In this document: one piece after another, positions 12,743-23,102 of the stretch
Numbering within the stretch: position 1 is the first letter of the stretch
How the letters are laid out: every line of letters begins with the position of its first letter
Source: Rebecca billardiae RCC1528
Lineage: Eukaryota > Protista > Haptophyta
Reading direction: 5' to 3'
Assembly (NCBI GenBank): GCA_965240325.2
Contig: OZ251254.1
Coordinates: forward strand, 62,001 to 126,000
DNA length: 64,000 bases
The notes under the pieces: generated by a model
Database searches by the model: none
The model's input: the letters and a program-made list of their open reading frames with translations, nothing else
What the model was told of the DNA's origin: nothing
Made by a program: the position numbers and the translations under genes

Positions 12743-13735
12743 ATGCCGACGCCAATCGCCGACGAGACCGCGCCAATGGCCGGAAGCACCGCCGTCGTCG
12801 TCAACACCGTCGCCGGCTCGATCCGGGTGGAGGCGGAGGCGCCGGAGGGCTGGCGTGGCGGCGACGTGGTCATCCTCTGGGGCTGGTACGGCGCGAGCTT
12901 CCGCGCGCTGCGCAAGTACGCCGAGCTCCACCGCGCGGACGGTCGCGCGAGCGTGATGGCGATTGCGCCCGCGCCCGCCGTGGCGCTCAAGCTGACGGGG
13001 CCACTCCGGCGAGTGGCCGAGGCGACGCTCGACGTGGCGGAGGCGCTGCTCCGCCCGGTCCCGCCCGCGCGCCAAGGCCGCGTCCACCTCCACGTCTTCT
13101 CCAACGGCGGCTGCTTCGTCTACGAGCAGCTGCTCTGCACGCCAGCGCTGCTCGCGCGCGCGCGCCGCGTCGGCCGCGGGCTGGGCGCGGCGGTGTTCGA
13201 CTCGTGCCCCGCGTACATGCACCCGGAGACGGGGCTCGACGTGATCGGCGCGCACACCAAGAACCCGACGGTGCGCGCGCTCGTCCTCGGCACCTTCCGC
13301 GCGTGGGTTGCGTGCGCGCGCGCGGCGCGCGCGTGCGCGGGCGGCCGCACGCCCGCCACGGCGTTCTGGGAGCGCATGCTCGGCGACGCGTCGGGGATCC
13401 CGGCGCTGTACATCTACTCGAGCGGCGACGCCGTCACCGACCCCCGCGCCCTCGAGGAGCTCATCGCCGCGCGCGCGGCGCGCGCGCCAGACGGCGCGCA
13501 GCCAATCGCGCAAGTCCGGGCCGTCGACTTTGGCCTGGGCAGCGCGCACGTGCTGCACCTGCGCACTGACCGGGAGCGCTACGTGGCCGAGGTGCGGGCG
13601 GCGTACAAGCTGGCCGGGGACGACGAGGTGGGGCGCGCCGACGCGCCGCCCGCGACGGCGCCGCCCAGCACCCGCCGCCGCGGCATGGCGTGGCGTGTGC
13701 CGATGCGGCGGCATCGTCGCGGCGGCGCCGACTGA
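12743..13735 (+). CDS. DUF829/TMEM53-family alpha/beta hydrolase-fold protein
   Basis: Family motifs ILWGWYGA..R.L.KY, HVFSNGG, VFDSCP, LYIYSSGD and SAHVLHLR..RERY. Confidence 0.88.
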   Translation: MPTPIADETAPMAGSTAVVVNTVAGSIRVEAEAPEGWRGGDVVILWGWYGASFRALRKYAELHRADGRASVMAIAPAPAVALKLTGPLRRVAEATLDVAEALLRPVPPARQGRVHLHVFSNGGCFVYEQLLCTPALLARARRVGRGLGAAVFDSCPAYMHPETGLDVIGAHTKNPTVRALVLGTFRAWVACARAARACAGGRTPATAFWERMLGDASGIPALYIYSSGDAVTDPRALEELIAARAARAPDGAQPIAQVRAVDFGLGSAHVLHLRTDRERYVAEVRAAYKLAGDDEVGRADAPPATAPPSTRRRGMAWRVPMRRHRRGGAD

Positions 13736-14400
13736 GCTGGCGACGACTGCACTCATCTTTGCGGCCAGTCCGATGGCTGCTGGCTGGCGGCTCGCGATGG
13801 CACCGGCTGAGCCGGTGACGACTGCACTACTCATCTTTGCGGTCAGTCCGATGGCTGCCGGCTGGCGGCTCGCGGTAACGCTACTGCTGGCGGTGCGCGT
13901 GATGCGCGAGTGCTGGCAAGCAAGCCCTCTGACGGCGCTCGGAACCTCGACGACCTCAGCAGAGAGTAGTCAGCTAATATTGTCATACGTATAAATATAG
14001 TTGAGTCACTCTCACCTCGAGCTGCGAGCGCGTGCCGTCGCCGCCTCGGTCTCGGTCGACTCGGACAGCAACCGCTGCCCTGCGCGTGCCTCGTACCCGG
14101 GCGGACGGAGCAGAGTCTAATCGCGAGCCCCGCTCGCATTGGTTGTTCTGTAAGAACAAGCATGCGAGCGGAGCGAGTTTTCCGGTAGGACACGCGAAGT
14201 CCGGTGATTCTTACAAGGTTGATGGCCTTCCAATAGGTATCCCGAGGAATACAGTTTAGTCAGATCCCAATTGGGGCCAACGGTTTTTCGTGCAATCTGT
14301 CAGTCAACTCCCCCAGCTACGTCCCCGGGAACAGCAAGAGATGTAGTGATGATGATGATTCAAAGGTCGGATCAAGGGGAGTGTCGGATCCCTCCTCGCA

Positions 14401-15471
14401 AGGGCTGCGAACTCCCAGTGCCGCGCCGGTGAGAGGAGGTTGGGTATCGATCTCCTGGGGCGCCGCCCTGGAGGGCGCGTGGGGTGCGCACGCCGCGTGC
14501 TCCTGCGCCCGCGGCAGCGGGCGCGGACACGGCGCGCGTGGTTGGTCGCATGCTAGACAGCACGTAGTGCCCTCCCACGCCGCGCGCCGCGCTCGCCGGC
14601 GCCCTCGCCGTGCCTCAGGCCAGCCCGCGCCCGCGCGCCGCACCAAGAGCCAGCCGTGGCCACGCGCCAGCCGCCAGCGCGCGCGCGGTGCGCGGTGCGG
14701 TCGGCGCGGGGCGGGCGCGCGCCCGGGGCGAGGCTCGTGTACGATCGGCGCGCGCCATGCCGCCACGCGCCGCCACGCTGGCGCCCGCATGGGTCGGCGC
14801 ACGCGTTGCTGTCGAGTGTGCATTGGCCAAGTTTGAAAATGCTCATGTTGAGACGATCACGGGAAGGCAGCGAAGCGCGATAGACATGCGCAGACCACTG
14901 ATGTGTGAACGATTGGCATCCTATGATGGCGCAAGAGTCCCCAAGTCGTCGCATTCCTCGCACTGACGCGCTCACAGCCGCTTGTCCAAGCTCATTTCTG
15001 ATGGCTGAGGAATGCTCGACGAGCACCCATCAGCAGCCGCGTGGAACGTGATCAAGCTCGTGTTCGGCGACGCGTGGCGGCATGGCGCGCGCCGATCGTA
15101 CACGAGCCTCGCCCCGGGCGCGCGCCCGCCCCGCGCCGACCGCACCGCACACCGCGCGCGCGCCGGCGGCTGGCGCGTGGCTACAACTGGATCTTGGTGC
15201 GGCGCGCGGGCGCGGGCTGGCCTGAGGCACGGCGAGGGCGCCGGCGAGCGCGGCGCGCGGCGTGGGGGGGTACTACGTGCTGTCTAGCATGCGACCAACC
15301 ACGCGCGCCGTGTCCGCGCCCGCTGCCGCGGGCGCAGGAGCACGCGGCGTGCGCACCCCACGCGCCCTCCAGGGCGGCGCCCCAGGAGACATAGCCGCTG
15401 CGCCGCGAGGGCGCACGAGTTGATCGATACCCAACCTCCTCTCACTCGCGGCACTGGGAGTTCGCAGCCCT
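14401..15471. repeat. Long inverted repeat (foldback/MITE-like)
   Basis: About 14401-14770 is the near-identical reverse complement of about 15070-15471, with a ~300 bp spacer. Confidence 0.85.
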
Positions 15472-15500
15472 GACCGCCCTTGCTCCACCGGCTCGTTCCT

Positions 15501-15800
15501 CACGGTTCGGCAAGAGAGCAGGACCCGTGAAGGTGCTTACATCAGTTGCTCGCTTCCTTCATGATGCGCAGTGATCGGTGAAGGAGTGAGGACTGATGAT
15601 GTATGAGGTGAGGAAGCCGGACAAACACCAAGCAAGCAGTGCCGGACCGCCACGGTTCGGCAAGAGAGCAGGACCCGTGAAGGTGCTTACATCAGTTGCT
15701 CGCTCCCTTCATGATGCGCAGTGATCGGTGAAGGAGTGAGGACTGATGATGTATGAGCTGAGGAAGCCGGACAAACACCAAGCAAGCAGTGCCGGACCGC
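15501..15800. repeat. 150-bp tandem duplication
   Basis: CACGGTTCGGCAAGAGAGCAGGACCCGTGAAGG... starts at both 15501 and 15651. A third diverged copy lies near 17200-17350. Confidence 0.9.
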
Positions 15801-16237
15801 CCCGGCCGGCGGTGCGGAAGCACTCCGCAGGCGGGTCTACCGGATGCTTCGTGGCGCCCTCGCCAAGGCGCGCGCTTCTTGCGGCCGCAGATCTCCCAGT
15901 GGATGCGGCGCGTGGTCGGTGCCAAGGCGCATGCGGAATAGTGTGCGCCCCTCGTACCTGAACCTCACCCCGGCTGCTCGCCGGACCCAGCGCCATGACC
16001 GCTGCGCGCACCGCGTGCGCGTGCGGCTCGCCGAGTCTGCGGACGCTTCGTGGCAAACCGCGGGCGGTCAGAAGGATGCAGCAGCTTCGGGAGGTGCCGC
16101 ATCGGAGTGCCTGCTGCTTCGAGCTGCTGCTTCTTGCTTCTCCCACCACCTGCGAGCACTCCCACCACCTGCGCGCTTGCTTCTCCCACCACTCCTGCTT
16201 GCTTGGCCGTCCCGCCACCTGCGCGCTTGTTTCTTGC

Positions 16238-18092
16238 GTGCAGCAGTACCATACCATGCACGCAGCAGTACCATACCATGCGCACAGCAGTGCCATACCA
16301 TGCGCGCAGCAGTACCGCCAGTACCATACCATCATGCGTGCAGCAGTATCATACCATGCCGCGCGGCACGGTACCATACCATGCGCGCAGCAGCAGTACA
16401 TACCACCATGTGTGCAGCAGTACCATACCGCCATCATGCGCACAGCAGTACCATACCATGCGCGCAGCAGTACCATGCCATCATGTGCGCAGCAGTACCT
16501 ACCATGCATGCAGCAGTACCATACCATGCGCGCAGCAGTAGGCCATAACATACCATGCAGTACCATATACCATGCACACCGAGCGAGCAGTACCACACTA
16601 CAGTGCGCGCAGCAGTACCATACCATGCGCGCCGCAGTACCATACCATGCGAGCAGCAGTACCATACCATCATGCGTGCAGCAGTACCATACTACCATGC
16701 TTGCAGCAGTACCATACCATGTGCACAGCGGTGCCATACCATGCCATGTGAGTGCCATGGATACCATGCGCCCAGCAGTACCATAGTCCATACCATGTGT
16801 GCCGGCAGTACCATATGGCACTACTGCACGCATGGTAGGGATGGTACTGCTGCACGCATGGTATGGTACTGCGCTGCAAGCATGGTCGTATGGTACTGCT
16901 GCGTGCATGATGGTATGGTACTGCTGCGCGCATGGTATGGTACTGCTGCGCACATGGTATGGTACTGCTGTGCGCATGGTAGTATGGTACTGCTGCACGC
17001 ATGATGGCCGTACTGCTGCGCGCATGATGGTATGGTACTCAGCTGCGAGCATGGTATGGTACTGCTGCGCGCATGCGGTATGGCAATGGTACTGCTGTGT
17101 GCATGGTACACAGTACAGTATGAAGCTGCGGAGAGAGCAAGGACCTGTGAAGGTTCCTCAGTTCAGCTTCCTCTCGGTTGCTTCCGGTTCCTCACTGTTT
17201 CAAGAGAGCAAGGACCTGTGAAGGTGCTTCAGCTTCCTCCGTTGCTCGCTCCCTTCATGAGATCGGTGCGCAGTGATCGGTGAAGGAGTGAGGACTGATG
17301 ATGTATGAGCTGAGGAAGCCGGACAAACACCAAGCAAGCAGTGCCGGACCGCCCCGGCCGGCGGTGCGGAAGCACTGCGCAGGCGGGTCTACGATGCTTC
17401 GCCCTCGCCAAGGCGCGCGCTTCTTGCGGCCGCAGATCTCCCAGTGGATGCGGCGCGTGGTCGGTGCCAAGGCGCATGCGGAATAGTGTGTGCCCCTCGT
17501 ACCTGAACCTCACCCCGGCTGCTCGCCGGACCCAGCGCCATGACCGCTGCGCGCACCGCGTGACGCTTCGTCTGCAAACCGCGGGCGGTCAGAAGGATGC
17601 AGCAGCTTCGGGAGGTGCCGCATCGGAGTGCCTGCTGCTTCGAGCTGCTGCTTCTTGCTTCTCCCACCACCTGCGAGCACTCCCACCACCTGCGCGCTTG
17701 CTTCTCCCACCACCTGCGCGCTTGCGTCTGCTTGCTTGGCTCCCACCACCTGCGCGCTTGTTTGTTTCTTGCGTGCAGCAGTACCATACCATGCACGCAG
17801 CAGTACCATACCATGCGCACAGCAGTGCCATACCATGCGCGCAGCAGTACCGCCAGTACCATACCATCATGCGTGCAGCAGTACCATACCATGCACGTGG
17901 CAGTACCATACCATGCGCGCAGCAGTACTTACCATACTGCTACCATGCGCGCAGCAGTACCATACCATCATGCGTGCAGCAGTACCATACCATACGACCA
18001 TGTGAGTGCCATACCACGCGCCCAGCAGTACCATACCATGCGCGCAGCAGTACCGCCAGTACTCTGTCACTACCATCATGCGTGCAGCAGTA
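16238..18092. repeat. ~20-22 bp satellite (CAGCAGTACCATACCATGCGCG) in forward, inverted and forward blocks
   Basis: Forward units at ~16238-16830, reverse-complement units at ~16831-17110, forward again at ~17773-18092. The intervening ~17200-17770 copies ~15660-16240. Confidence 0.9.
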
Positions 18093-19670
18093 TTGATGAT
18101 AATGAAGTCGTGGTGGCCTGTGTGGCGCGCGGCGCTGACGGTCACGGAGCGGCCAGCGGGGCGAGCCCTGCATTCCGGTAGGACCGGGGTGAATGCAGCA
18201 TTGCCGGGTGCAACCCGGCAATGCCCGCCTGAATGGTAAGTAGTGGCGCCGCGCGGTCAGCCGTAGTGCGCCCGTGCCACTAGCTCATAGCTGGCGCTGG
18301 CGAGTCGGATCGGGTCGTCAGTGCGGTCTCGACGCGGCTCACGGATGCGCGGCGGTCGCTGAGCTGCGCTGCACGCCCGCGGATGCGCCGGGCAAAGCAG
18401 GACGGATATACATGATTCAACTGGCCTGGTGCCACGCGGCCCCGCCCCCACCCACGCCTGCGGCGGGCATCGAGAGAGTACGGGTGGCACGGCGGCCGAG
18501 GCACTTGCGGCGCGGCGCGCGGCTGGAGCACGGTCCGACAGCCGATTCAGCGGCGCCGGCAGCGCGGCGGGCGCGCCGGTCGGCCCGCCGGCCAGGCGGC
18601 GCGCTGGCACAGCCTGCCTGCGGCGCCGCGTCGTCGGTGGGCTGGGCGGCCGGCTGCGAAGGTCAAGCAGCGCGTGGAGCGCACGCCGCGGGCGGCCGGG
18701 CGCATGCAGCAGGCCCCGCCGAGTGCCGAGTGCGGCCCGTGTCGCGGATTATTTGGACCGTGCGCCGGCCAGCGCAGCTTATGCTGCCGGACCATACTCC
18801 ATAGCACCGTGGCCCGTGCGCGTCAACCGTCCGGGCCGCGACGATCGTCATCACAGGCAGTAACTAGTGACAGTATGAGGCGCGGAGGCGGCGACCGACA
18901 CGCTGACGCGGTGGCGCTGACTGACTGACTAAGTATATACATCTGAGTAGTAAGCCGCCCGCTCACCCGCGCGGCGCGCGCGGGTGGGCACCGTCTCAGA
19001 CTCCGCCGAGCTCCCGAGGCCGTCGGCGGAACCGTCCCGGCGTCCCGCGTCGTCGTCCGATCCGGCCGGGCCCGGCGCGGTGGCCCCGCCCGCGCCCCGG
19101 CGGCGGCCCGCGCCAGCGGCCGGCGCAGGCGGCTGATGCGCCGACCCGCGGTGGCCGCGGGCGCGGCGTCACCGGCGCCGGCGCGGTCCGCACTCGCGGT
19201 CCCGGCGGGTCGGCGGGACTCCCCGGACCGCGGTCTCCGATCGACCTGATGGCTGACTACGGCAGGCGGCAGCACGATATATATGATACATTCTTACTGA
19301 GTAGGGTTCATGCCCGAGAGTAGCCGTACTATCTATGTCTCTCGCAGACGTGAGCGTCACTCCGCTCAGACTGGCCGGGCCGTCCCGCCGTGCGGCGGGG
19401 TGGCCGACAGCGGTGCGGTCTGAGATCGTGCGCGAGTCACACGGAGGCCTCGCGGCCACGCCGCGTCGCGGCCGGGTCGTCATTCGCCCACTCCCGACTC
19501 CGGGCCCGACCAACGTCCGCGTTCGGCATCCTGCGACGGGGGAGGCCGTGGGCGTGGCGTCAGGTCGGCGGGTCGGAGTGCTGAGCCGTCGACGCCGCGC
19601 CGTGGTCAAGGCCAAGGGGCCGGCTGCGCAGCGGGGACCAGCCGAGCTCCAGCTTCGGTGGTGGCCCCGT

Positions 19671-19937
19671 TCACTCGTTGTAGATGGACGTCGGCGCCCA
19701 CGCGAACGTCATCGGCTGCTCCAAACCGAGCGGCGAGTGGAACGCCTCTGGCTCCGGCTCCGGCATGGACTTCTCGAGCGCGAAGATGATCGCATCCTCG
19801 TCCGTGCGGTAGTACCCGGCCGCTCGCTCGGCCCGGATGTCCTCCGCGGTCGGCAGGGAGTTTCCGTCGTTCGTGGAGGTCTTCTTCAGCTTGCTCTTGT
19901 CGAAGGACGCCACGCCGGTGACATCAGGATAAGACAT
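19671..19937 (-). CDS. Beta-thymosin/WH2 actin-monomer-binding protein (88 aa) with C-terminal extension
   Basis: [41 protein letters not shown] aligns without gaps to thymosin beta-4 ([38 protein letters not shown]). Third codon positions are GC-rich like the neighbouring genes. Confidence 0.85.
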   Translation of the reverse strand: [88 protein letters not shown]

Positions 19938-20154
19938 GATGGTCGGGTCGGGTCGGTCGAAAGAGGACGATGGCGAGGCGGCGGCGGCTTTTTTTAGCGG
20001 CGCGGCGCCCGCCCGCCCGCGCGCGGCCAGGGTACTAATATTGGTATTCATCAGGACGAAATCGACGATGGATGACGAGCGATTTGGACGATCCCGTAGC
20101 CGTTCATCAACAAATAAGGGTAGTATGTATGTTTCATCCCTGATCCCGCCGCCC

Positions 20155-20750
20155 CGGCCTGGCCGGATGATAATTATAAGGGGTTAAGCCACTATAATAA
20201 CTGTCAGGCAGCGCCATCGTGCCGACGTGCCCACGGCCCACGTGCGCGAATTTGTGCGACATTCACAGCGACGAGGTCGCGGTCCCCGGCCGCTCCGACG
20301 CGCTCTTGACTTCCGCGTGGGACGTGCGGAGGTCAAGATGACCCATCCTACTCGTCGACGGTGCCGACCTCGCCGCCCTGAATGTCGCACAAATTTGAGA
20401 TTGGCACCTCGCGCGTGCAGGCCGCGACACGCATGCCAGGTCCGCGCGGCGCTCTGTGGGCAAGCGAGCCAAGGGGCGCAGCGAGTCCGGTGCGGCTGTC
20501 GTACGGGTCGAGCGCGAGCGCCGAGTCGCAGCCGCGCGCGCGCCGCGCCGCTGGCGCCGGGTCGCCCGGGGGAGAAGGCGCAGCTGCAGCGCTCCTTCTG
20601 CCATCACGCGATCCGCCGGCAGAAACACCAGACTTTGCGCCCAGTTTGGACCAAAACGATGGGTTTTTAACTCCGCGCGATCTGGGCAAAGGTTCTGGGT
20701 AACCTGACAGTTATAGTGGCTCGGCCCTTTATGATGAACACCGGCCCGGC
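20155..20750. mobile_element. Non-autonomous TIR element (family with ATAACTGTCAGG...CCTGACAGTTAT termini)
   Basis: Imperfect ~50-bp inverted ends, AGCCACTATA(ATA)ACTGTCAGG and CCTGACAGTTATAGTGGCT. The interior is homologous in reverse to ~54455-54932. The right end is repeated at ~21840-21970. Confidence 0.7.
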
Positions 20751-22062
20751 CTAACTGTCGCGCGTATATCAAGGCGATCGCCTCGGACGAGTAGCCGCCG
20801 CCCGAGAGCAGGAAGGGTGCCATCCACACGACCTCCCACCCGCGCAGTCCGTCGTCGCACCGCGCCACGCCGGCCAGCGTGCCGATCACCACGCCGAGCG
20901 CCCATGCTGATTGCTGGATCGATCGTTGGTCGCATTCTGCCCGATGATACGGGCTAAACGACCAAGGGCGAACGACGACGAGTCGAGTCGACGACGTATT
21001 CTGCCTATTAGTAAATCATATAGAATGAGAGTACATATGTGCAGTCATCAGCAGGACTGTTGATCATCTTGAATCTTCCTTTTTTAAATTCCCCTTTATA
21101 ACGGGCTCCAAACCAAGATTATGAGCCGGTCGGACCCATATTATTTTCCCGAACCGCATCAGTACGGTACCGCACGTCAAGATATCAGTTTATGGTGAAT
21201 GGTTTGATGAGGGTGAGAGGGTTCACGTGAATCTATAATTAACAAGTGGACCTTCGGAAGATTCGCGAGGAGCGTGTTGTACCGCCAGGTATGATACTAC
21301 TGCTGATTATTCTGATATGGCGGTGAATTGTAGTGAACTGCTAGGTGTTCGGACGTTGTATGATAACACCCGTTTTGCTTCATGCGTTACAAGGCTGTTG
21401 ATTGCTTAGATTCTCTCTCTACCTTACAATATCTGTGCAGCCCCAGCGTCCCTGTTTGTTGAGTCGTATTGATATTTTATGTGTTGGTTTCTAATGTGCA
21501 TACATGTTGCATATTGTGAATAGGAAGAAGCGGTGGCGCGAAGATCGTGTGAATGACAGCTAAGTTGTGCATAGATGTTGCATATTGTGATTAAGAAGAA
21601 GCGGTGGCGCGAAGACTGTGTGGATTACAGCTTAAGTTTTTCTTGTGAGAATTCTGCGTTTTTTATAATGAGCATTAAGTTGTCATTAGTCCTTACGAGC
21701 ACCGCCTGAGGTTGTTCATTGGCTGCTGCACGCAATCTCGCACGATCTGTTGTGATCACCTCCGATCTGCAATTCTACTTATTTGAGAAATTCTCAAAAA
21801 CTCGGAAGTTCGTAGCATTGTAAGGTGTCAGCAAAACGTCATGGGTTTTTAACTCCGCGCGATCTGGCCCGCTGGGTGCAAAGGATCTGGGTAACCTGAC
21901 CGAGTTATAGTGGCTCGGCCCTTTATGATGATGAACACCGGCCCGGCCTAACTGTCGCGCGTATATCATCGACATATCAGCATCGTTATGTCCTGGCAAC
22001 TATCTAGTGTCAGTGAGTAACTAGTGAGTCACACGCTGACTGCTACAGTACGACTACGAGAC

Positions 22063-23070
22063 TCACCACGCGGGCCCGCCGCCGGGCCCGCCCGTGCGCA
22101 TGAGCGGGTCGCAGCCGTCGTCCTCGACGAAGAGCGCGTCTGTGAACATCGCCTCGAGCAGCTCGCGCACGTACTCGAGCCGCTCGGCCGCGTGCTGCGT
22201 GCGCAGCAGCGCGTCGAGCATCGGCGGCGGCAGCCCGGCCGCGCCGCCGTCCGCCGGCGCCACGCCGCCGCCGCCGCCCGCCTCCGCGCCGCTGCCCTCG
22301 GCGTGCCGCACCCACGCGGCGCACAGCGCGAAGCTCGCCGCCTCCGGCTCGTCCGCGTGCGCCGCGAGGCTCTCCCGGCTCGCGTCCACCAGCCGCGCGA
22401 GTCCGGGCCCCAGCAGTCCGGGGCCAGCCGGACCGCCGGACTCGGGCGGCTCGACGCCCGCGCGCACGCGCCGCGCCGCCATCGTCGCCAGCCGGACCGG
22501 ATCGGCGTCGAGCAGCTCCCGGACTGCGGCGAGCTCGGCGGCGGCGCGCTTGGCGGCGCGCGCGTCGCGCGCGTCCGTGAACACGCGCGCCGCGCCGACC
22601 GTGAGCCCAAAGCCGAGGGGCACGGCGCGCGTCGCGCCCAGCACGAACCGCTCCGCGCCGGCGAGGGTGAGCTCCCAGCCTCCTGCCGCGTCCGCGCGCG
22701 CGCGCAGCACGCGGCCGAGCACGCCTGGGCTGTCGCGCGCGCCGCAGAGCACGCCGACGTACACTGGCGCGAGGCCCGCCGCGTCGGCGTCGGCGCCGAG
22801 CGCCTCGGCGCACCGCCGCGCGAGCAGACGCTCCGCGGGCGAGCGCAGCGAGTACGTGCGCGTGTCGCCGCGCGGCATGAGCGCCGGGTGGTGCGCGCCG
22901 CCGCCCGCCGCCGCGCCGGCGGGCAGCAGTGGCACGGCGGTGCTGAGCACGGCGCCGCCGAGCAGGCCCGCCGCGGCGTCGGTGTCGGCGTGGGCGGCGC
23001 GTCGGTGGCGCGCGGTGCGGTCGGGGCGCGCTTCGTTGCCGCCGCTACCACCGCCGCCAGCCGCTTCGCT

Positions 23071-23102
<32 letters not shown>

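Noticed and set aside
13742-13875. ~55-bp tandem duplication after the DUF829 gene
   Set aside because: It is real but is a small 3'-flank duplication with no evidence of function.
15709-17052. 447-aa Cys/Trp/Tyr-rich ORF and overlapping YH-rich ORFs
   Set aside because: These are translations of the satellite, open in many frames on both strands.
16238-18092. CRISPR array
   Set aside because: The units are contiguous degenerate tandem repeats with no unique spacers, there are no cas genes, and the context is eukaryotic.
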